Positions 19,870 to 29,627 of a DNA stretch of 64,000 bases are shown here, in pieces. Under the pieces are notes generated by a model, which ran no database searches, was not told the origin of the DNA, and saw only the letters and a list, made by a program, of their open reading frames with translations. The stretch's first letter is position 1, and each line of letters begins with the position of its first letter. The translations under genes were made by a program, and so were the position numbers. This DNA comes from Candidatus Poribacteria bacterium (GTDB lineage: Bacteria; Poribacteria; WGA-4E; WGA-3G): NCBI GenBank assembly GCA_958295815.1, contig OY282374.1, positions 2,882,856-2,946,855 on the forward strand, given 5' to 3'.

Positions 19870-20808
19870 CTAATGATACGGTTTTAAGCTGGGCATCACT
19901 TTGCGGAGTTGTTCTTGAATTTCAGATGGAACGCGTGGATTAAACGGACCGCCAGCACCTGCCACAATATCGTCAAAGCCACTTAAGATCATCGCTTCAA
20001 CAACAGCGGAATAATTATAGACGCGTTCATTCATGAAACGGATCTCCTCGAGGGGTGCGATATCGGCTTCAATGCGTGCTGATGTATCATAATCACCACG
20101 GCGTTGGGCGTTGTTAATTTCGTCCGAAGCGCGGGCGAAGGCGACAGCAATACCGGAGGTATGCCCCTTCGTTCCTAATTGCGCAGGACGCGTGCATCTG
20201 TCACCGATGCCCCACATCACGATTCCACTGCTACCCACTCCTTCTACGAGGGGTTCTACATCCTCTTCACCGGTCCCAATCTTCACACCGACAAAATGTG
20301 GGGAATCGTTTAGCAGACGGATGACTGCGGACAGATCGCGTTTCTGACGGAAATAGTAGAGGAACCGTGCGCCACAAGTAGAGCCGTAGGTTTCGCCGAA
20401 TTTCATGTACTCGTCGTAGACCCCTTCAGGATTAGAAATTCCGGTCAGTGGCATGAGCAGATACACATCAGGCGGTCTTTGAAGTTCTGACTGTGCTTCG
20501 ATGAGTTGCCCGGCTTGACGGATGGGATTCGGTACGACGCCAGACATGAGGATACCGTTTTCACCCATTTGTCGTCCAGTTTGGTCGATAAGGCGGAGTT
20601 GTTCGGTTTCATTGATGTGGTGGATTAGGCTCGTCCCGGCAATAGCAATGACGCGCGGTCTGCCTTGATCAAGGTAGTTGTTCCCCATTAAATAGTCAAT
20701 GTTTTTGGCATGTCCAGTGTAGTCAATTTTGTCGTCTTTGAAAGGGATAATAGGGATCGCAGTGACGGAATTGAGGTCGTCTAAAAGTTGTGGTATCTCT
20801 GATGGCAT
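19870..20808 (-). CDS. Dihydrodipicolinate synthase (DapA/KDGDH)-family aldolase
   Basis: TAIPIIPFKDDKIDY N-terminus; Schiff-base Lys context FVGVKIG. Confidence 0.8.
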   Translation of the reverse strand: MPSEIPQLLDDLNSVTAIPIIPFKDDKIDYTGHAKNIDYLMGNNYLDQGRPRVIAIAGTSLIHHINETEQLRLIDQTGRQMGENGILMSGVVPNPIRQAGQLIEAQSELQRPPDVYLLMPLTGISNPEGVYDEYMKFGETYGSTCGARFLYYFRQKRDLSAVIRLLNDSPHFVGVKIGTGEEDVEPLVEGVGSSGIVMWGIGDRCTRPAQLGTKGHTSGIAVAFARASDEINNAQRRGDYDTSARIEADIAPLEEIRFMNERVYNYSAVVEAMILSGFDDIVAGAGGPFNPRVPSEIQEQLRKVMPSLKPYH

Positions 20809-20820
20809 AAGTTTCTCCTC

Positions 20821-21639
20821 TTAAAATCTTTTTCGCAGGACCAGCGCACCTGCGAGTGTCCCTTCGAATATGTCAGTTTGCAGATCTATCTCATATGGAC
20901 TCGTTTTTGTTTGCATTGGCGTGCTTTGTAATCGAGCGTTGATACGTTTGGTTGTAATGCGTGCCTCTACAGCACTGACGACGTGGTTCAAGATTGCCAA
21001 GCCTAATATTGTCCGAGCGCGTTGAAAGGTGTCGTTCGCTTTCTGCCGTAAATCGAAAGCCTCTAAGCGATGTCGCGAGTCAAAATCGATGTCTAAGTCG
21101 GGCTCATTTTTCAGACCTGGATCGATGTCCGCCCAATACCACTTGCCAGTCCGCTTCCGGGTCTCCTCTGAATCGTAGACGTGGTTCCAAGTCTCATATT
21201 GCGTGGCGTGTTCAAAATCTTCAATCGGATCCCAATCCTCGAAGGAGCCAGAACCGATAAAATTAACATGCTCCCTGACGACATCGCGATAGTCCTCGCG
21301 AGTGTTTGAGGCGTTGTTTCGGAGGAAAAAGTAGGTTACGAGTAAACCGACCTCTGCAGCAGTATAAAAATACCCGTGCTTGGCACCCGTGTAGATTTGC
21401 CCCATGCCGGGGATAACGAGCGAATAGAGGAACGCTTCATTGGGAGACTTAAGCGGTTGGAGACTTTGGCTTGCTTCCATAGTAACAGTAGATTGGTTTG
21501 CAAGAGTGCGATTTCCGAGAGTGGAATCTAAATAAAAAGCCGTGAACAGTGGTGCGTGTGGACCTTTGGATGCTAAACAGAGACCGGAAGATAAACAAAA
21601 TATCAGGACGATTATCAAAATTTGGGTCTTAGATTTCAC
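20821..21639 (-). CDS. Hypothetical exported/outer-membrane protein (DUF5683-like)
   Basis: Signal peptide; KSPNEAFLYSLVIPGMGQIY; NHVVSAVEA; terminal Phe. Confidence 0.7.
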   Translation of the reverse strand: MKSKTQILIIVLIFCLSSGLCLASKGPHAPLFTAFYLDSTLGNRTLANQSTVTMEASQSLQPLKSPNEAFLYSLVIPGMGQIYTGAKHGYFYTAAEVGLLVTYFFLRNNASNTREDYRDVVREHVNFIGSGSFEDWDPIEDFEHATQYETWNHVYDSEETRKRTGKWYWADIDPGLKNEPDLDIDFDSRHRLEAFDLRQKANDTFQRARTILGLAILNHVVSAVEARITTKRINARLQSTPMQTKTSPYEIDLQTDIFEGTLAGALVLRKRF

Positions 21640-21656
21640 TTTTTCTTTTTTCCCTT

Positions 21657-22781
21657 TTAAAAGATGAACATCACAGTAGTTTCATAGAGTCGCGAACGAC
21701 TTGGACCGAAACTTGGACCGATTGTAAAGTCAATATTGAATAGATAGACTCGAGCACCGATACCAGCGGTAATGTGATCTGTCAAGTCAGGTAAGTGAAT
21801 ACCGGGTTCGGACTTGTATCCGACTCGCAATGCAAGCATACCGTTGAGCCAGTATTCTAAACCGAGATTCTTTTGGAGGTGCCGCCACTCAAATGCCCGG
21901 ATACCGACGCCGCGGTCGGACAGCAACTGTCCCCGCGTTAGTTTTTCTTCTCTTTCGGCGTTGAGCCGCTCCAAATCCACGGTTAATTCATCTTCATTTT
22001 CCGCCAATTTATCAATATACGCTGTGATACCACTGACAAGGCGAAGATGATTATACCTATCGCTGTAGAGATCTATGGACTTGCCAAGTCGCAAAAACCG
22101 GGGCAAGGGATCTGCTTGGTTCTCATCGATAAAAGAGATACCGGGTCCGACGTTCTGAATTGCGGCACCGATCGTTATCGGTATAAGGTCGAAAGGGAGA
22201 CGGTATTGCGCGCCGATATCAACGGCATAAGAACTTCCGCTTTCGCGTCCGAGTACCATCCGAATCATTTTACCATTGATGCCCGCCGATAGAGATTCGG
22301 TAATCCGGTCTGCATAGGAAAGCGTCAAAGCGAAGTTGGTGCCGAGGCTCTCCTCACGCAGCACATCAGGCGAATCGGTAGTCACGGCGATTGTCCCCTG
22401 TCCTTGCATTTGGAGTGTCGCGCCGACAGTTCCGACATCTCCGAGAGGCATCGCGCCAGAGACGAAAGTGTAGTATAACCCTTCGCCAGCTTCCCCGAAA
22501 GGTGCACTATAATCTGTATAAAACATTGATGCCTGCACTGCTTCTTTACCAGAACGGAGTTTGCTCTCAGGCATATCGACAAGTCCACTTGGGTTCCAAA
22601 GCGATGTCGTCACATCACCAGACATGGCATAAAATGCGTCGCCGAGAGCCCTTGCCCGTGCGCCACCGCCGAGATTCAAGATTTGTGCGCCTGTCCTTCC
22701 AGGTCCAGCATGAACGGTGGTCGGTAGAAAAACGGTAATCGATAAAAGAAAGATGAAGGTTTTGCGTATAAAACAGCCCAC
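21657..22781 (-). CDS. PorV/PorQ-family (FadL-like) outer-membrane barrel
   Basis: GARARALGDAF...SLWNPSGL, QNVGPGISFIDENQADPLPRFLRLG, LALRVGY; terminal F. Confidence 0.85.
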   Translation of the reverse strand: MGCFIRKTFIFLLSITVFLPTTVHAGPGRTGAQILNLGGGARARALGDAFYAMSGDVTTSLWNPSGLVDMPESKLRSGKEAVQASMFYTDYSAPFGEAGEGLYYTFVSGAMPLGDVGTVGATLQMQGQGTIAVTTDSPDVLREESLGTNFALTLSYADRITESLSAGINGKMIRMVLGRESGSSYAVDIGAQYRLPFDLIPITIGAAIQNVGPGISFIDENQADPLPRFLRLGKSIDLYSDRYNHLRLVSGITAYIDKLAENEDELTVDLERLNAEREEKLTRGQLLSDRGVGIRAFEWRHLQKNLGLEYWLNGMLALRVGYKSEPGIHLPDLTDHITAGIGARVYLFNIDFTIGPSFGPSRSRLYETTVMFIF

Positions 22782-23021
22782 TGAATTGTAACTCCTCTTT
22801 TTGATTTAAATTCTTTTTTTGATGCGTCTAACACTATATATGATAACGCATTCGCCATAAAAACGCAAATCGCTTCATTTTGGTTTACATTATTATTTTT
22901 GGATATTTAGGATTCGGTTGTGGGCAAGTTATTTTCAGTCTAATAAAGGGGCAAAGGAAGGTCGATCATTCGATAATTCACCGATTGTAAAATCTACAAT
23001 TATATGGACGATTGTAAAGCG

Positions 23022-23046
23022 TCGGGGTTACAAACGCCTCCTACAA
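23022..23046. repeat. GGGGTTACAAAC(G)CCTCCTACAA REP copy
   Basis: One mismatch to the family consensus. Confidence 0.75.
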
Positions 23047-23154
23047 AGAGCGATCTTTGGATAATATAGGGGTTAATTATGAGTTTTATCGCTGGATATT
23101 TACAAGGTAGATCCCTGATGCCACTAACCCCTTACCTAATTTCTTTTTCCCGAA

Positions 23155-23191
23155 AAAATTGAAGGGAGTAACAGGTTTGAACCTGCTATTC
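23155..23191 (-). terminator. Intrinsic terminator after the cadherin gene
   Basis: GGGAATAGCAGGTT/AACCTGTTACTCCC hairpin followed by a T-rich run on the minus strand. Confidence 0.6.
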
Positions 23192-23205
23192 CCTATAAGA
23201 AGTGG

Positions 23206-25041
23206 TTACTTTAGAATCAGCATTTTGCGGAGTTGAGAAGTGTTCTGCGTCTGTAGATGATAGAAATAGATACCACTCGCAACCGGTTCACCGATTTCAT
23301 TTTTGCCATCCCAATAGGCAGCACGACTCTTATCGGTATAGTAGCCGTCGCGTTGATGTCCGAGTTTAAGTTGACGGATAAGGGTGCCCCGCGAATTATA
23401 AATGCTGATTTGAACGTCACTCGAATTCGCTAAATGATAGGGTATCCATGTCTCGGGGTTGAATGGGTTGGGATAGTTGGCGAGAAGCAGTGTCTTCTCT
23501 GGACGTGTTGAGAATAAAATCTCTTCTATTAGCGTAATTACCTGCTTGTATTTCGCTGAGCCATCGCTCTCGAGTCGTAAATTACGCAGATATGTCCGTA
23601 GTGTTTCACGATCTACTGCTTTGAGCGTTTTCTCCGCCATGACTGTGTTCAAAATGCTGTTTGAAGGTGCTGCGTTATCGTCTGTTGTATCATTCAGCAC
23701 TTTGATAAAGAGTCTAATTGTATCTGAACCGCCATTGCCATCAGTGACTGTAACTATTGTTTTATGAACTTTCTGAGTCTCAAAATCTAATTCAGCAACA
23801 GTTTGGAGCTGTCCAGTGCTGCTATCAATGCTAACGACTACTTCATTGTCGTGACTAATGGAGTAATTCAAGGTGTCACTATCTTCATCCGTAGCTGGTA
23901 TGGGTTCACCGAATTCTGTCCCTATAGCTATGTTTTCTGTGACAGTACGACGCATGCTTTTTTTGCCATTATTGATTACGGGTGCATTATTAGTAGCATC
24001 GTCGCTTGTGTCGTTAGTGATATTGATAGTGACATCAATTGAATCTGAACCTCCATTATTATCCGAGACTGAGACCGTTACTTCATAGGAAGTCTTTGTT
24101 TCATAATCCAGACTTGCACTCGTCTTTAACTGACCTGTACCGCTGTCGATAGCAAATGAATTCTCATCAGTCCCGCCAAGTGTGTACGTTAAAGTGTCGT
24201 CGTCGGCATCCGTCGCACTTATTGCGTTACCGAAGTTTGTACTTGATGCTGTATTTTCTGTGACTGAACGCGTCGTGGTATCACCATCATCGAACACCGG
24301 AGCATTGTTATTGTTGCTTGCGGCAGCAGTGCCATTGATAGTGACAACAATTGATCCCTGTCCACCCTTTCTATCAAGGGCTGTGATCTGCAATTCAACT
24401 GATGTCCCGGCATCGATCCCCATATCATTGCGATTCGTTACCAACTGTCCGGTGCTGGTATCAAGGTCAAATCGGGATAATATCCAGAAAAAGCCGAAAT
24501 TCCCGAATGGGCTAATCACGTATGTCAATGTGTCGTCATCTGGATCCGTCGCTGTAAAAGGATCACCGAGCAGCGTTCCTTTAGGTGCGTCTGTTGCAAC
24601 CGAACGGGTCGCCGTTTCACCCGCATCGAACACGGGTGCGTTGTTAACATTGATCGTGACAGCAATTGTGTCTGAACCGCCATTACCATCCGAGACTGTG
24701 ACCGTTACTGAGAAGGTCCCATTAGTATAGTCGATGTCAGCACCCACTTTTATCCGTCCGATATCGATGGTGCCATCATGAATGGTGACGTTATCAATGG
24801 TGAATGAAGCCGCATCGGTGCCACTAAGACTGTACGTCAATGTGTCGTCGTCATCATCCGTTGCTCTAATGGAATCAACGGTTCTACCTTCTGGACTGTC
24901 ATTTAGGACCCAAATCGTCGTGCTATCACCATCATCAAACACCGGGGGGTTATTCGCATAACTTATACTTTGGTTGGATAACAGCGTTATGCTGAGAACC
25001 AACACAATAACTTTTAGGCTCATTTGGTGAAGAACCTTCAT
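23206..25041 (-). CDS. Cadherin-domain surface protein with T9SS-like/FlgD-Ig C-terminal domain
   Basis: Four NxAPVF...ATDxDxDTLTY...GGSD cadherin-like repeats; LLANYPNPFNPETWIPY...WDGKNEIGEPVASGIYFY...RKMLILK. Confidence 0.92.
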   Translation of the reverse strand: MKVLHQMSLKVIVLVLSITLLSNQSISYANNPPVFDDGDSTTIWVLNDSPEGRTVDSIRATDDDDDTLTYSLSGTDAASFTIDNVTIHDGTIDIGRIKVGADIDYTNGTFSVTVTVSDGNGGSDTIAVTINVNNAPVFDAGETATRSVATDAPKGTLLGDPFTATDPDDDTLTYVISPFGNFGFFWILSRFDLDTSTGQLVTNRNDMGIDAGTSVELQITALDRKGGQGSIVVTINGTAAASNNNNAPVFDDGDTTTRSVTENTASSTNFGNAISATDADDDTLTYTLGGTDENSFAIDSGTGQLKTSASLDYETKTSYEVTVSVSDNNGGSDSIDVTINITNDTSDDATNNAPVINNGKKSMRRTVTENIAIGTEFGEPIPATDEDSDTLNYSISHDNEVVVSIDSSTGQLQTVAELDFETQKVHKTIVTVTDGNGGSDTIRLFIKVLNDTTDDNAAPSNSILNTVMAEKTLKAVDRETLRTYLRNLRLESDGSAKYKQVITLIEEILFSTRPEKTLLLANYPNPFNPETWIPYHLANSSDVQISIYNSRGTLIRQLKLGHQRDGYYTDKSRAAYWDGKNEIGEPVASGIYFYHLQTQNTSQLRKMLILK

Positions 25042-25124
25042 TTTACTTGACCTCCATTTAAGACTGTTCAAACAAATTCACTTCTCTAACTTCCACACAA
25101 AATTATACTTCAACATCATTAGTA

Positions 25125-25153
25125 ATTATAGCGCAATTATATTATTTAAGCAA
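25125..25153 (-). promoter_or_regulatory. Sigma70-type promoter of the cadherin gene
   Basis: TTGCTT-17nt-TATAAT. Confidence 0.55.
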
Positions 25154-25172
25154 AATTAATTATTATGCGTTT

Positions 25173-25410
25173 TTATGATTTATATGTAGCAATTTTTGTG
25201 CCAATAATGGACTCCTCTGGGTTATATTCCCGTTTTCGTTTGATATTGGAAATCAAATCATGTTCAACAGGATTATAATTGGGTGAATAAGGGGGTAAAA
25301 ACATCAGTGCTGTGACTGTGTCTTCTATGAGTTCTCGCGTACGAGGTGTCTTGTGTAGACGCGCATTGTCCATGATGACGACGTGATCTGCGGAGAGTCT
25401 TGGACAGGTG
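25173..25410 (-). pseudogene. IS630-family (DDE_3) transposase C-terminal remnant
   Basis: HVVIMDNARLHK...LMFLPPYSPNYNPVEH; frameshifted QHL/PRL upstream; 5' part missing. Confidence 0.85.
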
Positions 25411-25412
25411 TT

Positions 25413-25438
25413 GTCGGGAATTGGAGTTCCCTCCTACA
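25413..25438. repeat. GTCGGGAATTGGAGTTCCCTCCTACA REP copy abutting the IS630 remnant
   Basis: Matches the copies at 30858 and 30915. Confidence 0.8.
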
Positions 25439-25465
25439 GAAGAACGGAGTGCCCTTGCTTTTGAA

Positions 25466-25494
25466 TTGACAGAAAAATGTATCCGTGCTAAAAT
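25466..25494 (+). promoter_or_regulatory. Sigma70-type promoter
   Basis: TTGACA-17nt-TAAAAT with TG extension. Confidence 0.7.
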
Positions 25495-25540
25495 CGTAAA
25501 ATAGACTGATAGCATAAGGAGGCTCTGAATATATAAAACA

Positions 25541-27730
25541 ATGCGAATAATTAGGGCACGACTTGCAAGCCCATACCTAACATTAGCAGCCTACCTCATC
25601 TTCTGCTTGTGGAGCCTTAGGGTATTGCCTGCAGACACACATGACGATATTCCCGAAATTCCAACGAACCGAACGATTAAAGCTGTCCGCATCGAAACAC
25701 CCCCAAAAATTGACGGAAAATTGGACGACGTATGCTGGCAAAATAGTGCCACAACCGGTGAATTGCTGCAATTTGAACCGCAGCGTGGCGAACCAGCATC
25801 GCAGCCTACGACTATTTACGTCGCTTACGATGCCAATAACCTCTATGTCGCATTTGAATGTTTTAAGGACGACATGAACAACCTCGCAGCGAACCTGACC
25901 CGACGCGACTCTTTCTTCTTCTCCGATGATCATGTCGAGGTTTTAATTGACACATTCCTTGATGGCAGAAACTGCTATGCGTTTGCCTTGAACCCGCTCG
26001 GTACTCAAACTGATCGGAGACTCATTAATGAAGGCTCAAACAGACGTACAGGGCAGTCCAGGATTGGGACTGCTATTTCGTGGGATTGCGACTGGCAAGG
26101 TAAGGCGAGCGAAGAAACGGATAAGTGGACAGCAGAATTTGCTATTCCGTTTGCAGAACTCCGATTCCCAAAAGGGCAGGAAACAATGACTTGGGGCATC
26201 AACTTCTGGCGGAACGATGAAGTCCCAGCAGAAGAACAGATGTGGGCAGATATGGGAGATCGTCAATATGCTGTATCAAGGTTCGGACATCTGACAGATA
26301 TTTCCACCGCGAACCTCGTCACAAAGCGACCGGTGAAATTCAAACCGTATGGCACTCTTAATCCACAAGCGACGCAAATCGGAGACGGTGAGACCACGCT
26401 TGCCATGAAAGGTGACGCTGGTTTGGACTTCCGGTATCCGATCGGGGACTTCACTGTTGATTTGACACTAAATCCAGACTTTGCGCAAATTGAGGCAGAT
26501 CCTGATCTTGTGAATCTTACCGATATTCCACTCCGTTTCCCCGAAAAACGTCCGTTCTTCCTTGAAGGAAACGAACTCTTCCAGATGCCCCTGGATCTGT
26601 TCTATAGCCGAAGGGTTGAAGACCTCATTGGTGGTGGAAAGGTCATCGGGAAATACAATAAATACAATGTTGCCTTTATGGGTGCGGTTGCGGGACCTGA
26701 GAACCCAGACAAAGAGATAGAAGCAGGCGAATTGCCTCTTGCGAATTATAACTACTCAGTGCTTCGATTGCAACGGGAAGTTGGTAAAACATCATCTGTA
26801 GGTTTTTTAGGCGTAAACAAACAACGCGGTGGCACGTACGACCGCGCAGGCGGACTGGATGCCCTTATTCAACTTCCGGCTGCTACGAGTCTGAATTTGG
26901 AATATGCGAGAGAATGGAAATCGGGAGGTCTCGACTGGGCAGAGAGCACTGCCGACGATCTGGTTTTTGTGCAGCTTGCGCGACGGACGAATGTATTCTC
27001 AGTAGACGCGATTTACGCAGACATCGGTGAATACTTCAGCCCTGAAACTGGGTTCGTCCCGCGTATCGATAGACGTGGTGTGGTTATTAGAAGCCGTTAT
27101 AATAAGCAGTACAAAGGCGCGATTGAGAGGCTTCGCGGTGAAGTTGAATATGAACGGCTCACAGACCAAACGGGTGAACTGAGGAACCATAGAGCGGGTT
27201 TTAGTGGACTCTTTGGTGTCTACAACTTCTTTTTCCTTGTTGGACCTGAATGGTACTATCACGTTGACGATGATGATAAGCCCCTTACTGACAGAACTGC
27301 TCGTTTCTTCGTAGGATGGTTCCCACCGAAATATGTGCAAATCCGAAACACGGGGAACTTCGGTGTCCGTAATAACAACAACATATTCTTCATTCGTCCC
27401 GAAATTACGATTCGTCCGACAGCCAAACTCAGTTTTGAGTTCATTCTGCAGCGACTTCATGAAAAGGAGCCAGATGCATCGGGGTGGCAGCTTGCGGAAT
27501 GGACGCGACGCCTTGTTGTGAACTATCAGTTTGCGCAGCGTATGTATGCGAGAGCAAGCGCGGAGTTCACTATTGAGAGAGAACGTCGAGTTTTCGCGCT
27601 TTTCGCTTATGAGTATCGTCCTGAAAGCAATTTCTTTATTGTCTACAATGACAATCGTGATATTGAAGGCGATACTGAGCGCATTGTGTTTATTAAAATT
27701 GCGCATCTTTTGAAGACTGATCTTTTTTAA
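25541..27730 (+). CDS. CBM9-like + DUF5916 outer-membrane beta-barrel protein
   Basis: PKIDGKLDD, DTFLDGRNCYAFALNPLGTQ, LTLNPDFAQIEAD, FPEKRPFFLEG, LFYSRR. Confidence 0.9.
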   Translation: MRIIRARLASPYLTLAAYLIFCLWSLRVLPADTHDDIPEIPTNRTIKAVRIETPPKIDGKLDDVCWQNSATTGELLQFEPQRGEPASQPTTIYVAYDANNLYVAFECFKDDMNNLAANLTRRDSFFFSDDHVEVLIDTFLDGRNCYAFALNPLGTQTDRRLINEGSNRRTGQSRIGTAISWDCDWQGKASEETDKWTAEFAIPFAELRFPKGQETMTWGINFWRNDEVPAEEQMWADMGDRQYAVSRFGHLTDISTANLVTKRPVKFKPYGTLNPQATQIGDGETTLAMKGDAGLDFRYPIGDFTVDLTLNPDFAQIEADPDLVNLTDIPLRFPEKRPFFLEGNELFQMPLDLFYSRRVEDLIGGGKVIGKYNKYNVAFMGAVAGPENPDKEIEAGELPLANYNYSVLRLQREVGKTSSVGFLGVNKQRGGTYDRAGGLDALIQLPAATSLNLEYAREWKSGGLDWAESTADDLVFVQLARRTNVFSVDAIYADIGEYFSPETGFVPRIDRRGVVIRSRYNKQYKGAIERLRGEVEYERLTDQTGELRNHRAGFSGLFGVYNFFFLVGPEWYYHVDDDDKPLTDRTARFFVGWFPPKYVQIRNTGNFGVRNNNNIFFIRPEITIRPTAKLSFEFILQRLHEKEPDASGWQLAEWTRRLVVNYQFAQRMYARASAEFTIERERRVFALFAYEYRPESNFFIVYNDNRDIEGDTERIVFIKIAHLLKTDLF

Positions 27731-27737
27731 GAAAAGT

Positions 27738-27945
27738 CATAAATCGGGCTTACAAAGCCCTCCTACAAGAATGGCTGGATCACTACATAAATCGGGCTTA
27801 CAAAGCCCTCCCACAAGAAAAGCCCTTCCACAAGATGGATCGGTTTATTACATAAATCGGGCTTACAAAGCCCTCCCACAAGAAAAGCCTCCCACAAGAT
27901 GGGTTGGGTTATTACATAAATCGGGCTTACAAAGCCCTCCTACAA
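27738..27945. repeat. Four tandem copies of CATAAATCGGGCTTACAAAGCCCTCC(C/T)ACAA
   Basis: Copies at 27738, 27786, 27851 and 27915; the linkers resemble one another. Confidence 0.9.
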
Positions 27946-27956
27946 CGGAGAACTTT

Positions 27957-29609
27957 CTGAAACGCTATCAACACTGGGTGCTCGGGGTGCTTTCAGCGAT
28001 TCTGCTGTTTCTTAGTTTCCCCAATGCCAATCTTTTCCCGGTCGCTTGGATTGCGCTTGTGCCGTTTTTCATTGCCCTCACGCGCACATCGGACTGGAAA
28101 TCCACTTTCTGGGTCGGTTATTTAACAGGTTTCCTATTTTTTGCGGGTTTGCTTCCAGCTATTGCCCTTCTCTACCCGTATGCCAATATCTTCGCGACGC
28201 TGGTGGCTTATGTGTCCCTTGTGGGCTACACTGCGCTCTATTTCGCCGTTTTTTCGGTCCTGATGCGAGTTGTTCCGTGGCGTTCGGGTATACTGTTTCC
28301 GATTGCAGCTGCCTGTATTTGGACGGCATTGGAATGGGTGCGGAGTTGGATGATCACAGGATTTCCGTGGGGGAGTATCGGTTACTCGCAATGGAACAAC
28401 CTGATTGGAATACAGGTAGCGTCGCTCGTTAGTGTCCATGGTATCAGTTTTGTCATTGTGCTTTTCAACGCTGGTGTTGCCACTGTGCTCTGCAACCGCC
28501 ATCGGTGGCGACAGGAGATTCCCGCCTTAGTTCTACCGTTGATTCTGACGCTTTTTTGTTTTGGTTACGGTGCCATTCAACTCCAAGACGCAGCACCTAT
28601 AGACAAAGCATCCGATACTGTTTCTGACGAGGGTACAGAAACCTTAAAAGTCGCCCTCGTCCCCGGCAACATTCCACAACTCGAAAAATGGGATCTCCGT
28701 CAATTTCCAAGGATTTTACAACGCTATACCCAGTTAACACATAAAGCGAGCCAAGAGAATCCTGATCTCATTGTGTGGCCTGAAACAGTGATAAGGGGTG
28801 AAGCCCTGACAGGCGAGTGGCCCACCTATTATAGAAGGTTCTCTCAAATGCTGCGCGATATGGCGCTCCCAATGCTCATCGGCACGGCTAATAAAGGAGA
28901 CAAAATAGACACAGCCATAGGCAAATTTTCTAAACCTACCAAAGACGAACAACGGGCGGAGGTCAAGATATACAACCGAGTTTTGTCGATAACTCCAGAC
29001 GGAAAGATACATGGTGGGTATGCGAAGATGCACCTCGTTCCATTCGGTGAGTACGTGCCTTTGATAAGTCTTCTGCCAGATTTTATTCCGAATTTTATTC
29101 AATTTAAACCTTTTACCCACGGAAAATCAGTAAACCTTTTACCTGTGTTCAACGTTAAAAATAATACAGATCGCCAGAAGATAGAAGTAGGTGCGTCAAT
29201 CTGTTTTGAGTCAGTATTTCCCGATGAATTTCGCAGACCTGTCCAAAAAGGTGCCGAGGTAATGGGAATCTTCACGAACGATGCGTGGTTCAAAGGAACA
29301 GCTTTCCCTGAACTGCATCTGTCTATGGCACCGTTTCGCGCGATTGAAAATCGAATCGCAGTATTCCGCTGTGCAAATGGTGGATTCACCTGTGTCGTAG
29401 ATCGGTTTGGTAGGATAACGACTCCCTTGATAACACCGGACACCGCTCAAGAGACGCTTATTGCGTCTGTCCCGCTTCTGTCGTCTTCTGAACGCGAACA
29501 GACACTTTATACTCGCTATGGCGATTGGTTTCCGATTCTCTGTGCGCTCATCTGTGTTGGATGGTTCGGCAGTCAAATCGTATTCCGACTTCGTCGTAGA
29601 AATTCCTAA
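27957..29609 (+). CDS. lnt: Apolipoprotein N-acyltransferase
   Basis: EWVRSWMITGFPWGSIGYSQ, VWPE, KMHLVPFGEYVP, ICFESVFP, TNDAWF, RAIENR; start uncertain (CTG 27957 or ATG 27771). Confidence 0.93.
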   Translation: MKRYQHWVLGVLSAILLFLSFPNANLFPVAWIALVPFFIALTRTSDWKSTFWVGYLTGFLFFAGLLPAIALLYPYANIFATLVAYVSLVGYTALYFAVFSVLMRVVPWRSGILFPIAAACIWTALEWVRSWMITGFPWGSIGYSQWNNLIGIQVASLVSVHGISFVIVLFNAGVATVLCNRHRWRQEIPALVLPLILTLFCFGYGAIQLQDAAPIDKASDTVSDEGTETLKVALVPGNIPQLEKWDLRQFPRILQRYTQLTHKASQENPDLIVWPETVIRGEALTGEWPTYYRRFSQMLRDMALPMLIGTANKGDKIDTAIGKFSKPTKDEQRAEVKIYNRVLSITPDGKIHGGYAKMHLVPFGEYVPLISLLPDFIPNFIQFKPFTHGKSVNLLPVFNVKNNTDRQKIEVGASICFESVFPDEFRRPVQKGAEVMGIFTNDAWFKGTAFPELHLSMAPFRAIENRIAVFRCANGGFTCVVDRFGRITTPLITPDTAQETLIASVPLLSSSEREQTLYTRYGDWFPILCALICVGWFGSQIVFRLRRRNS

Positions 29610-29627
29610 CTATTTATGGAGAACCCC

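Noticed and set aside
24182..24730. 182-aa plus-strand ORF
   Set aside because: Antisense shadow of the cadherin repeats
25173..25410. Active IS630 element
   Set aside because: Only a frameshifted C-terminal fragment remains, with no N-terminus or clear ends
26999..27706. 235-aa antisense ORF
   Set aside because: Shadow of the DUF5916 gene with no recognisable motifs
27738..27945. CRISPR array (four 31-nt repeats)
   Set aside because: Linkers are 17-34 nt and similar to each other, the repeat is a variant of a dispersed REP, and no cas genes are present
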